Shown here: piece by piece, positions 1-9,750 of the stretch
How positions within the stretch are numbered: position 1 is the stretch's first letter
Layout of the letters: each line of letters starts with the position of its first letter
Source of the DNA: a virus
Reading direction: 5' to 3' (one strand)
Virus record (IMG/VR): IMGVR_UViG_3300021197_001481
Coordinates: 22,817-86,816 of that record
DNA length: 64,000 bases
Notes under the pieces: generated by a model
The model's input: only the letters and a program-made list of their open reading frames with translations
The model's database searches: none
What the model was told of the DNA's origin: nothing
Program-made: the position numbers and the translations under genes

Positions 1-1
1 C

Positions 2-742
2 ATTGGTGATGGTGGTATCGATCCACAACCCGGACTATTATACACAGAATCATCCAGCGAATACGAATTCTCTGGTGGTGATGTAACTTATTCAATTCCA
101 TCATATGCAATTGGATCAACCGCAACAACAACATTAGAACAACTCGACGGCGGGACTTCGGATCTTTATTTTATACTAACTACAGGAAACTCATCAGATC
201 GGGCACAAATTGCTGAAGGTATTAGTATGGATACTGCGACCGGAAGAGTGGGGATCAAATTTGGTCTTGAACTAGGTCACGGAATTAGTTTCAGTGATGG
301 TAGTTTCCTCGGTAGCAAAAATGAACTTGTTACAAGTGTTAATGGATCGACTGGAGATGTTCTTACCATACCATCACAGGTTGCCCACTTCACAATCCAA
401 GCGTCATCTTCTATATCCACAGGTGCAAAGACATCAGCACTTCACAGAATACCATATAGTGCAAAAATTACTGAGGTTGGAATTCGTACAGGAAATACAG
501 GAGGAATCACTGCATCCTTTAGAAAAATACGAAATCAAGATATTTTTGACATGACTGAAGGAATAAGTTACTCGTCATTGATCGGAACCGTAAATGCCGC
601 AACAGCAGCATTTGGTGCAACCGCAACAATCAACTCAATTGATGGTCCCAACTATGTTTATATGAACATTGATGCCATCGCCTCTGGCATAACACTCGTC
701 CAAGGGTTTATGGAATACATTAGATTTGATGGGAGCGACTAA
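2..742 (+). CDS. C-terminal part of a tail fibre/virion protein (5'-truncated)
   Basis: Frame is open from position 2 to TAA at 740-742; contains GISFSDGS and VTSVNGSTGDV motifs resembling those in the fibre at the window end. Confidence 0.6.
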   Translation: MGDGGIDPQPGLLYTESSSEYEFSGGDVTYSIPSYAIGSTATTTLEQLDGGTSDLYFILTTGNSSDRAQIAEGISMDTATGRVGIKFGLELGHGISFSDGSFLGSKNELVTSVNGSTGDVLTIPSQVAHFTIQASSSISTGAKTSALHRIPYSAKITEVGIRTGNTGGITASFRKIRNQDIFDMTEGISYSSLIGTVNAATAAFGATATINSIDGPNYVYMNIDAIASGITLVQGFMEYIRFDGSD

Positions 743-1884
743 TGGCATTAACTGATTTTTTCTTATCACCAGATGGAGATGGATCGAAAGACGGTTCGGA
801 TATCGATAACGCATTCCAAGCGATTACCAGTGGAGATTGGACATCTAGTCTTGATTCACAGACATTGCAAGATCGAAGGTGGATATGGTTAGAGGGAACG
901 TACAACTGCACAACTCAACTTGTTACTTCGGGAACTGTTCCTACTGCTGCCGCACCAATGCAATGGGTGGGTGCTGATTCGTCTGGTAATATTCTTCGTC
1001 CAAAGTTTGATGAAACTGGTATGAGTCTAGATCTTACCAACTACCCAAAATTTGTTTGTAGTGCAGACGTAGAAATGATTTTCACCCATGAACATACTGC
1101 GTATAAGTGTTTATCTTTTGAAAACACAAGTGCATCTTTTAGTAAAAGTGGTATCATAGAAAATACCGCTGGTGATCTTGATGTTCAAAACTGGACTGGT
1201 TGTTTTTTCAAGACAGCATCAAACAGCACTGGTGTTGAGGTCTTAACAATGAGTAACTCAAACTTAAACATGTGTGAACTTGTAATGACAGGTGGAGGTT
1301 TTTCCTCTGTGGTGCGTATGCTTAGTGGTGGTGTTATGAACAACTGCCGTATAAAAGGTCCGGGTATTCTTTCTGGCGGTGGAAACTCTTGTGGAGTTCG
1401 GATAAACAGTGGTAGCGTCACAATCCTTGATACATTGATTTACAATATTCCGGGGGATGCTATTTTCCACGAAAGTACAAACGATAGACAGTCAATTTCA
1501 GTATCAGGTTGCTCTATTATAGATGTTGCTGGTGCCGGTATTGACACCAGCAGTTTAGACGGCACAAACATTGCATCAAGAGGATCGGTAATGGAGTGTT
1601 GTGTTATGTTTAATTGTGGAACAGGAATTGAAGCAGCAGCAGAAGATGGTAGGCAACCCGGCGCACAATTCCTTGCAATGGGAGAAAACACTGCTAACTT
1701 TAGCAACATGGATTCATACGAAGACATGATTGATGTGATTGCAATCACAACTGCCGATTTTGTTGATTATGCGAACGATGATTTTAGAATCAGAAGAGAC
1801 TCCGCGATCTATAAAATTCTAGGAGACAAAAACATGGGTGCGTTACAAAATGAAGATTATGAATTTGCGAGTGTGTCCTCATGA
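742..1884 (+). CDS. Right-handed beta-helix (pectin lyase-like) protein, possible tailspike/depolymerase
   Basis: N-terminal FLSPDGDGSKDGS, Asn/Cys-rich short beta repeats, C-terminal FVDYANDDFRIRRDSA...MGALQ typical of beta-helix proteins. Confidence 0.55.
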   Translation: MALTDFFLSPDGDGSKDGSDIDNAFQAITSGDWTSSLDSQTLQDRRWIWLEGTYNCTTQLVTSGTVPTAAAPMQWVGADSSGNILRPKFDETGMSLDLTNYPKFVCSADVEMIFTHEHTAYKCLSFENTSASFSKSGIIENTAGDLDVQNWTGCFFKTASNSTGVEVLTMSNSNLNMCELVMTGGGFSSVVRMLSGGVMNNCRIKGPGILSGGGNSCGVRINSGSVTILDTLIYNIPGDAIFHESTNDRQSISVSGCSIIDVAGAGIDTSSLDGTNIASRGSVMECCVMFNCGTGIEAAAEDGRQPGAQFLAMGENTANFSNMDSYEDMIDVIAITTADFVDYANDDFRIRRDSAIYKILGDKNMGALQNEDYEFASVSS

Positions 1885-2147
1885 AACCAGCAGCAAGAAT
1901 GGGCGATCAGTGTGCTGGTCAAATAGTCACCGGAGCAAATTCTGTTTTTATAGAGGGAATGCCCGCCGCCCACCTCGGTAGTGTGGTTTCGCCTCATCCA
2001 TACGGAGACCACATTCATAGCGTGACTATTGTTAGCGGTTCAAATAGCGTTTTTGTTGAGGGAAAACCACTCGCCAGACTTGGTGATCAGGCAGGGTGTG
2101 GAGTACATAGGATAACATCAGCAGCAAGTTCTGTTACAGGAGATTAA
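1881..2147 (+). CDS. PAAR spike-tip protein (T4 gp5.4-like)
   Basis: PAARMGD, PAAHLG and PLARLGD repeats with His/Cys ligands; 88 aa. Confidence 0.95.
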   Translation: MKPAARMGDQCAGQIVTGANSVFIEGMPAAHLGSVVSPHPYGDHIHSVTIVSGSNSVFVEGKPLARLGDQAGCGVHRITSAASSVTGD

Positions 2148-2149
2148 AT

Positions 2150-2992
2150 ATGCCAGTTTTTACAAGACCATTATTAGACGTTACAGGATGCGACATTCCG
2201 TCGTTAGATCTATCCTCCGCAGAAAAAGCAATTATGGAATTAGTTGGTTCTGACGCTGGTGGATTTCAAAATCCAATTGAAGATGCCATGAGCAGCGTTC
2301 AGGGTTCTATTGGGAATGCTATAGCAGGAATTAATACCAGTCTGGGTGTTACGTTTAATGACGCTGATGGTAATCCAGTGGTTGATCCAGAAACCCTAGA
2401 ACCTCTTACCACTTTTGGATTTTTATCACAAGAATTAGGAAAACTCGATTCAGGTATAGATGACTTTAGAATTCACAGCGACCGACTCAGTGGTGTAAGT
2501 ATCGCAGATGCCTTTGGTTCTGACAAATACGGTCCCGGTGGTATTCAGGGCGAGTATCCCGGTCTAGGTGGTCTTCACTCTGTTGCGTCACAATTCAACA
2601 CACTAAAAGAAACATTGAGGGATCCTGCTCAGGCAGCAGAGGATCATTACTCTCCAATTTTTAACAGTCTTTTCGGACCGGGAGACGACATGATGAGATC
2701 AATTCAGTCTTTGGTTGATGGAGATGTTGGAAACTTTATGACAAACTTCCCAACCGGTGGGAACGATTCCCTTGCAGAACTTTCATTACTAGGAGCGAAC
2801 ATCCAAGACCTCCAAGCAAGTATTCCCGCACTTATCAACGATGATAATCTACAATTCGAGTTCGCATTGGACTTCATTGCAAAACAAACAACCGGACTTA
2901 GCGTTCTATCCATGTTGGATGAACCATGTTTCGGAACTCGCCTATTAGGAAAAATAGGTAGTCCAGATTTTAAGAGTATTGCTGGTTTATAA
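2150..2992 (+). CDS. Hypothetical acidic protein in the baseplate region
   Basis: 280-aa ORF with GGAG SD, tightly packed between PAAR and gp25. Confidence 0.6.
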   Translation: MPVFTRPLLDVTGCDIPSLDLSSAEKAIMELVGSDAGGFQNPIEDAMSSVQGSIGNAIAGINTSLGVTFNDADGNPVVDPETLEPLTTFGFLSQELGKLDSGIDDFRIHSDRLSGVSIADAFGSDKYGPGGIQGEYPGLGGLHSVASQFNTLKETLRDPAQAAEDHYSPIFNSLFGPGDDMMRSIQSLVDGDVGNFMTNFPTGGNDSLAELSLLGANIQDLQASIPALINDDNLQFEFALDFIAKQTTGLSVLSMLDEPCFGTRLLGKIGSPDFKSIAGL

Positions 2993-2994
2993 AG

Positions 2995-3002
2995 CATAGA
3001 TA
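2995..3002 (+). promoter_or_regulatory. Putative late promoter (CATAGATA)
   Basis: TAnATA element 7 nt before the gp25 ATG; the same motif recurs before other late genes. Confidence 0.5.
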
Positions 3003-3009
3003 CTAAGAC

Positions 3010-3390
3010 ATGGCAAAATATACCGACATAGATTTAAACTTTTCGAGAAACCCGGTCACGAACGATGTGTCTATTCTTCAGGATGCTGCGTCCATCAAGG
3101 CGGCAGTGAAAAATCTAATCCTAACGGATGCAGGCGAAAGACCCTTTAATCCAACACTAGGTTCTTCGATTCGGGGACTTTTATTTGAACCAGCATCACC
3201 GATTATTGCAAGTGAGATTGAAGCAAGAATTAGAACTGTTCTAAGAAACTTTGAACCCAGAGTAAAGATACTTCGAGTTGATGTTGTGGCAATATTTGAT
3301 AGAAATGAATTTGAAGTGACTATTGGATTTAGAATGACTGGCGATACGAGAACTACAGTAGTTCCAATAACACTTAAGAGGTTAAGGTAA
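3010..3390 (+). CDS. gp25: Baseplate wedge subunit gp25
   Basis: YTDIDLNF..NPVT.D, AVKNLILT..GERPFNP..GS, FEPRV motifs. Confidence 0.95.
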   Translation: MAKYTDIDLNFSRNPVTNDVSILQDAASIKAAVKNLILTDAGERPFNPTLGSSIRGLLFEPASPIIASEIEARIRTVLRNFEPRVKILRVDVVAIFDRNEFEVTIGFRMTGDTRTTVVPITLKRLR

Positions 3391-5291
3391 TGGCAACAAA
3401 CAGAAAAAACTTATCAGTTAACTCTATAGAATTTGAGGACATCAAAGCAAATTTAAAAACTTTCCTCAAGGGTCAAACTGAATTTAAAGACTACGACTTC
3501 GAGGGTTCTGGTATGGCAGTCCTCATTGATCTTCTTGCATATAACACATACTACCAAGGTTTTTACAACAATGTCGTCGCTAACGAAATGTTCTTGGACA
3601 GTGCTGTCAAAAGAGCATCAGTGGTATCACTTGCAAAGAGTCTTGGTTACACACCAAACTCAAAGACCGCACCAACAGCAGTTGTGGATGTGACTCTCGT
3701 AGAAGATCCACTATCAACTATTCTTCTTCCGGGCGCACAATTTACCACGGTCCTTAATGGCAAATCCTTTACTTTTGTAAACACCGAATCAGCAGAAATT
3801 AACTGGACAGGTGCAACTACTCCGGCGATCACAAGTCTAAACATCAAAGAGGGATCTCTTTCTAGTGTATCTTATATCGTCCCCGATACACAAGATAATA
3901 GAAAGTATAAAATTAATGATCCCAATGTTGACATATCTACAGTTAAAGTAAGAATCCAAACCTCCCAAACAGACACCAGCGGTCTCACCGACACATGGTC
4001 TCGGGCAGGAGATTTAACCGAAATAACAAAAACATCAAAATCGTATTGGATAGAAGAAAATACATCTGGAGAGTTTGAAATTTACTTTGGGGATGGTGTC
4101 ATCGGAGAAAAACCAGAGACAGGTAATCTAATAACAATCACATATTTAATTACAAATGGAATTTCTGCAAATGGAGCAGGAAACGGAGACAGTGCAACGA
4201 GTAGAGCATTTACTTACCTCAACGCAGGTAATGATGTCGAAGTTAAATCTATCGCTTCGGGTGGAACAAATCTTGAAACAGTGGACGCTATAAGATTTAA
4301 AGCACCAAGAGCATTTACTGCACAAAACAGAGCAGTATCAAAAGATGATTACTCATCTCTAGTCGAATCTAACTTTACGGGATTTGATTCGGTCTTCGTT
4401 TTTGGTGGAGAAGAAGCAGATCCCCCCGAGTTTGGCAGTGTTTTTGTTGCACTAAAACCAAGCACTGGCACTATAGTGAGTGATGTTGTAAAGAAAACTG
4501 TTGAGGACTTTTTAAAAACTAAAGCAGTCCTATCAATTACTCCAAAGGTAGTTGATCCAGATTACACATACCTAAATCTAGAGATAAACACATTATACGA
4601 CGAGACAAAAACAACAATATCAACTGATGCACTCGCATCATCAATCCGCAGTGCCGTAATATCTAATATTAAAAACAATTTAGGAAGATTCAATCAATCA
4701 TTCTCTATATCAAAACTACTAACAACCGTTGATGCTGTTTCTTCTTCCATTGATTCGAGTGATGTCGAGGTAATAATGGAGAAAAGACTTCTCCCAACAT
4801 CTGCTAGGAATGTTTCTTATCTTGTAAAGTGTGGTAATCCAATTTACCACCCACACGATGGACACATGAGTGTTGTATCTTCAAATGTTTTTAGATATTT
4901 GGATCCCACGGACACCACCACCAAAGATGTTTTCGTAAAAGACAACGGCAATGGAAAAATATCCTTTTATAGAACTGTTGGGTCGGCGGATGAGATTGTT
5001 TTACAAGATGCAGGAACAGTTGATTACGAAAATGGTATTATCCGTATAGATCAAGTTCAAATTTTATCACCAGTGGACACACCTGTAATTAAAATATTTG
5101 CTGTAGCAAAAAATCAAAGATATATTTCCAGTAGGGATCAAATTCTCTTCAATGATTATCTTGAAAACTCTTCTGCAATTAAAGTGTTAACCAATGGTGT
5201 GACGCAAACATCATCAGTTCCAAGTTCATCTGGAACCAGTTCGTCTGGGAGCAGTTCGACTGGGAGCAGTTCTTCAAGTTCTGGGTATTAA
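3390..5291 (+). CDS. gp6: Baseplate wedge subunit gp6
   Basis: FKDYDFEGS, LLAYNTYY, EMFLDSA, FGDGVIG, QNRAVS..DY motifs; Ser-rich C-terminal tail. Confidence 0.95.
   Translation: MATNRKNLSVNSIEFEDIKANLKTFLKGQTEFKDYDFEGSGMAVLIDLLAYNTYYQGFYNNVVANEMFLDSAVKRASVVSLAKSLGYTPNSKTAPTAVVDVTLVEDPLSTILLPGAQFTTVLNGKSFTFVNTESAEINWTGATTPAITSLNIKEGSLSSVSYIVPDTQDNRKYKINDPNVDISTVKVRIQTSQTDTSGLTDTWSRAGDLTEITKTSKSYWIEENTSGEFEIYFGDGVIGEKPETGNLITITYLITNGISANGAGNGDSATSRAFTYLNAGNDVEVKSIASGGTNLETVDAIRFKAPRAFTAQNRAVSKDDYSSLVESNFTGFDSVFVFGGEEADPPEFGSVFVALKPSTGTIVSDVVKKTVEDFLKTKAVLSITPKVVDPDYTYLNLEINTLYDETKTTISTDALASSIRSAVISNIKNNLGRFNQSFSISKLLTTVDAVSSSIDSSDVEVIMEKRLLPTSARNVSYLVKCGNPIYHPHDGHMSVVSSNVFRYLDPTDTTTKDVFVKDNGNGKISFYRTVGSADEIVLQDAGTVDYENGIIRIDQVQILSPVDTPVIKIFAVAKNQRYISSRDQILFNDYLENSSAIKVLTNGVTQTSSVPSSSGTSSSGSSSTGSSSSSSGY
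5229..5288 (+). repeat. Short tandem repeats encoding the Ser/Gly tail of gp6
   Basis: ctgggagcagttc occurs twice at 15-nt spacing with degenerate flanking copies; encodes SGTSSSGSSSTGSSSSSSGY. Confidence 0.6.
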
Positions 5292-5304
5292 TAGGAGATA
5301 AAAA

Positions 5305-7794
5305 GTGCCTTTAAAAATATTCGGTGGGTCACTTCTCCTACCACTAAAAATTGATGGATATACCTTCGATAAACTCCCATATGCTCCGGGAGTTGATGAA
5401 AGATTTTCCACACAATTAAAAGATCAACTGCCGGATTTCGTACTAGAAAATTACGAAACATTTGTTCAATTTGTAGAGGCATATTATGAATGGTCCGAAC
5501 AACACGGAAACCCAAGAGCAGAGGGTGTTCGATTAAACACATACAATGATATTGATGAAACTCTTGATTTATTTTTGGAGTATTTCAGAAATACTTACAT
5601 TAAAGATTTTCCATACAAACTAGCAGACGGAGCAAACGAAAAAACTCTAATCAAAAATGTTGGTGATATGTATCGGTCAAAGGGGTCTAAGGCATCCTTT
5701 GATTTGTTGTTCAGGGTTTTATTTGATACATCAATTGAAATTAATTATCCCAAAGACAGAATTCTTAAACTATCAACTGCCACATTTGATGACAAACAAT
5801 TCATAAGAGTTGCACCTCTCATTTCAATTGATGAAGCAAAGACATTAGAAAATAGTCTTCTTGTACAAAAATCTAAATTCAAGAAAGAGATAACTGCGAC
5901 AGCATTAATTGATCGTGTAGATTATGTTCATGAAGGTGGATTTGACTTTTTCTCTCTTGCCGTACAAGATATATCTGGTACGTTCAATAAAGATACTTTT
6001 GTTGATGTTGTTACATCTGGAACCACATCTGCTGCATATTCTTTACCTGTATTACCAACACTACATTCTCTGAAAATAAATTCTGGAGGAACTGGGTATC
6101 AACTAGGAGATGAAGTAGATGTTTATGACTCATATGGAAATAGATTATTAAACGCAGCAATAAACAACATAGGTCCAATTGGGGATATTCGTGGTTTTGA
6201 GTTCAAACAAAATTTTGGTGTTTATAGATCAGATCAATCTATTGGTTTTTCTTTCGATACCTTTAGCGGAACCGGAGCAAGTCTCTCAGCACTTGGCGAA
6301 CAAGTCCTAACTGATGGACCAGACACATACAAAGACGACACCGGAAAAATTAGTGGTCGTTCCTTTATTCAAGATAGTTTCTTTTATCAAAACTATTCTT
6401 ATATTATTCGAGTCAACAAAAGTCTAGAACAATTTGCAGATGCAGTTCGTCGCCTAGTTCATCCATCGGGAACATTGATGTTTGCAGAATACATCAATGA
6501 AGTTTCGATGTCTGGTGATGCTGGAATAACCACAGATAACCTAACAAGATTCGTTCCTGTCATCGGTCACTATCTTCCACACACATTTGGAACAACTATT
6601 GATCCCCGAGGGTTTACTCTAGATGCGGTTCACACTGATTTTTATCCACTTGGATACAACGGTCAAGACGGCAACACGTTGGGGGAATTTATCGGGATTA
6701 CATTAGCAGCAGGAATAACAGGAACTCCTCACCTTTTTCCACATCTTGGACTTACACACGACCCACTAACAGTTCATAGTAACACGACCAACACGCCTTA
6801 TACCCTCAAACCTTTTAATAATGTAGAAACCAGAAGGACTATTATAAATGGTGCGTTAGGATCTACTGGATATATTGGACTAACAAGTGACTCTATTGGA
6901 GAACACGCAGGACTCATGGGATTTTTCCCAACGGGTTCCAGTAGAATAAGCACCATCGGTCCGGTGGGGGTTTTTGGCAGTGGAATTACTCACTACGGTG
7001 GTTACACATCTCCACAAGAAACCAGTCTTTCTGGTGGATTCTCTGGTGGTCAAATTGTCCAAATCGTCGGGACCGACTCCGCAACAGCAGACTACTGGAT
7101 TGTGTATCGTCACCCTACTCACTTAGGACTAGAGGGATTGGGAACAACTGGTACAAGGGAAGTTGTTCGTATTCCAATGCAACCAGTACAAGCAGGCGGG
7201 CAGAACATAGCAACAATTGCACCAGATTCTAGCGGTTATAATTTTGAAGAAACAACTGGGATTACAATAAACGGAACACCATACAGTATTGGAGAAATAG
7301 TAACACAGACAAGACCAAGAGAACCAATTGCCATAGGAAGAGTGATTAAATTTGATCCATCTGCATTTGGTAATCAGGGATCTGTTGCAGACGGCATCGC
7401 ACCATCCGATCCACTGTATAATCTCGATATTGATATACTTGAAGTTGAGGTTTTAAATGGTAAGTTTACCACGGGACTCATATCAGGAGATCTCAATAAG
7501 GATGGCAAGGTCGATGGACTTGATCTTTCATTATTACTTTCTAATTTTGGTCTAACCGGTGAGGGAGATTTAAACGAAGATGGAATTGTTGATGGCGGAG
7601 ATCTCGCTGGTCTTCTCGCATCTTGGGATCAACTTCCGAAACCAATCATAGGTGAGACTTCTGGAGGATCTAGACTAGTTGATTCTTCGTTTAATAACAA
7701 CATATATACTAGTATAACTCACGATACAAGTTGGATGGATATACCAATCAGCGTTATGGTAAATGATATCCAGTATAGTAACTTAACAAACTGA
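5305..7794 (+). CDS. gp7: Baseplate wedge initiator gp7-like, with G-x-T-rich insert and dockerin-like repeat
   Basis: QLPDFV..YETFVQFVEAYYEW, YRSKGS..SFDLLFR, IQDSFFYQNYSY, LVHPSG motifs; GTG start with GGAG SD. Confidence 0.8.
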   Translation: MPLKIFGGSLLLPLKIDGYTFDKLPYAPGVDERFSTQLKDQLPDFVLENYETFVQFVEAYYEWSEQHGNPRAEGVRLNTYNDIDETLDLFLEYFRNTYIKDFPYKLADGANEKTLIKNVGDMYRSKGSKASFDLLFRVLFDTSIEINYPKDRILKLSTATFDDKQFIRVAPLISIDEAKTLENSLLVQKSKFKKEITATALIDRVDYVHEGGFDFFSLAVQDISGTFNKDTFVDVVTSGTTSAAYSLPVLPTLHSLKINSGGTGYQLGDEVDVYDSYGNRLLNAAINNIGPIGDIRGFEFKQNFGVYRSDQSIGFSFDTFSGTGASLSALGEQVLTDGPDTYKDDTGKISGRSFIQDSFFYQNYSYIIRVNKSLEQFADAVRRLVHPSGTLMFAEYINEVSMSGDAGITTDNLTRFVPVIGHYLPHTFGTTIDPRGFTLDAVHTDFYPLGYNGQDGNTLGEFIGITLAAGITGTPHLFPHLGLTHDPLTVHSNTTNTPYTLKPFNNVETRRTIINGALGSTGYIGLTSDSIGEHAGLMGFFPTGSSRISTIGPVGVFGSGITHYGGYTSPQETSLSGGFSGGQIVQIVGTDSATADYWIVYRHPTHLGLEGLGTTGTREVVRIPMQPVQAGGQNIATIAPDSSGYNFEETTGITINGTPYSIGEIVTQTRPREPIAIGRVIKFDPSAFGNQGSVADGIAPSDPLYNLDIDILEVEVLNGKFTTGLISGDLNKDGKVDGLDLSLLLSNFGLTGEGDLNEDGIVDGGDLAGLLASWDQLPKPIIGETSGGSRLVDSSFNNNIYTSITHDTSWMDIPISVMVNDIQYSNLTN

Positions 7795-7801
7795 GAAGCA
7801 A

Positions 7802-9742
7802 ATGGCAGAATTATCAACTAATCTTAAAGTTTTTCTTGCACGCGAATTACAGAGGCAATTCTCATCCCTCGATAATAGCGTTGCTTTGTTTATATCTGGA
7901 ACCAGTGTCACTACATCCAAAGGAGTCTCTTCCTCTGAACTACTGGATAATAGTATCGAAAAAGAGTTGAACACTCGAAGACAAGTACAAACTGCAAAAA
8001 TCCTAACAGATTCCACAGTTGCTCTAATGATACCAAGATATAATTGGACCAACAAAACAATATATCTACCATTCTCTTATTCAGCAGATAACGCAACAAG
8101 ACAATTCTATGTCTATACCACTGAAGGCAATATCTATGCCTGTATTTCAAATGGTGGCGGCAGACAGTCCATAGAAGAACCAACGGGAACAGGAACATCT
8201 CTAATATATTTGAGTAACGGGTATATTTGGAAATTTATGTATAAAGTTCCTGTAGATCTTATCGATTTTGTCGATGCAGATTATGTTCCAATTAAAGAAC
8301 TGCCCATATACGAAAATAAACCATTTGGTTATGGTTCTGATGATAAACAGTTACAATACGCTGTTCAGTATGCCGCTGGTGGTGGTAATATTTCTGCTAT
8401 TGATATTACTACAATAGGTAGTGAATATCCTTATACTATAAAAGCATCAGCATATCATAAACCAAGAGAAATTACTTCCAGTAGCATAAAACTAGATGCT
8501 AGAGCAAGCGGAATAACTGATGTTTATAACGAATACAGCATCCGGTTTATTACAGGAGAAGCAGCAGGTCAATTTAGTAAAATTACTGCCTATGATGGTT
8601 CCACAAAAACAGCAACCATAGAGACTCCATTTACACCCAACCCATCATCTGAAGATATTTATGAAATAACACCGACCATTACCATTACGGGAGATGGTTC
8701 TGGTGGAAATGCATATGCAAAAATGCATTCATACGCAGAAAACACAATTGAAACCATAGTAATAGCGAATGCAGGAACGAATTACACCACTGCCTCTGCA
8801 ACAGTTTCTCCTGCTGGACTGGGTACAGTTCTTTCTGTTTATCTTAATCCAACGGGTGAAATTGGACGAGATCCGATTTTTGATTTGATGGTGAAAAGAC
8901 TTTCCATTCTTATAAAAATAGAAGGAAGAGAAAAACAAAAAGCAGTTCTCGGAAACGATTACCGAGAATATGGACTCTGGTTATCTCCTAAAATTACGAC
9001 AGGTTATAGTGGCGGCGGAAAGATTGCAGGAACCGATGCATTCGTTCGTACTAAAGTAGATTTAGAAACATCTATTGGACAAACTTTCGATGATTTGTTT
9101 GTCTCAAGCGGAGAATATATTTTTGGTAGTGAATCATTCAATTCTGGTAAAGTTGCAAATGTAACAAATCCCTTCAGTAAATTTAGTCCCACCAGAGGAC
9201 AGTTGACTCTGGATGGTTTAAACTCCAAATTAAAAAATGGTGAAACAGTATACACGTTTACCGAAGATAGTGTTTCAGGTGGATATACGTTTAGTGGTAA
9301 AACAGCAAGAGTCACAAACACATTGCTCGAAGATTCTGTTCGGTCTTCTTTTAATGAAGTCTATCGATGTTCACATAAATTAGGTATTTCTAGAACAGAC
9401 GGATTATCATTTGACCCCGGAACTCCATATACATCAATCCCATTTGATGCAGCAGTAACAGGTGGTAGTGGTAGTAGTGCTGTTGTTCTAGACTTTACAA
9501 ATATTGCTGGGGGTAGTGGAGATCTTTTCTTGAGTAATGTTGTTTCTGGATCATCTTCAAACACAACTGGTTTCATCGCCGGAGAAACTTTAGCAGTAAA
9601 TAATTTAGAACTAAATATTACTAGTGTTTCACCTCCAGAACTGAATTTATTTTCTGGTAAAATGTTATACATAACTGGTATAGAACAAGTAACAAGGAAT
9701 GCAGAGCAACTTGATTTATTCAAAATCAATCTTGACTTTTAA
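7802..9742 (+). CDS. gp8: Baseplate wedge subunit gp8-like
   Basis: PRYNW, FYV...GNIYACISN, EPTG...GYIWKFMY motifs; follows gp7. Confidence 0.85.
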   Translation: MAELSTNLKVFLARELQRQFSSLDNSVALFISGTSVTTSKGVSSSELLDNSIEKELNTRRQVQTAKILTDSTVALMIPRYNWTNKTIYLPFSYSADNATRQFYVYTTEGNIYACISNGGGRQSIEEPTGTGTSLIYLSNGYIWKFMYKVPVDLIDFVDADYVPIKELPIYENKPFGYGSDDKQLQYAVQYAAGGGNISAIDITTIGSEYPYTIKASAYHKPREITSSSIKLDARASGITDVYNEYSIRFITGEAAGQFSKITAYDGSTKTATIETPFTPNPSSEDIYEITPTITITGDGSGGNAYAKMHSYAENTIETIVIANAGTNYTTASATVSPAGLGTVLSVYLNPTGEIGRDPIFDLMVKRLSILIKIEGREKQKAVLGNDYREYGLWLSPKITTGYSGGGKIAGTDAFVRTKVDLETSIGQTFDDLFVSSGEYIFGSESFNSGKVANVTNPFSKFSPTRGQLTLDGLNSKLKNGETVYTFTEDSVSGGYTFSGKTARVTNTLLEDSVRSSFNEVYRCSHKLGISRTDGLSFDPGTPYTSIPFDAAVTGGSGSSAVVLDFTNIAGGSGDLFLSNVVSGSSSNTTGFIAGETLAVNNLELNITSVSPPELNLFSGKMLYITGIEQVTRNAEQLDLFKINLDF

Positions 9743-9750
9743 GGAATAAA

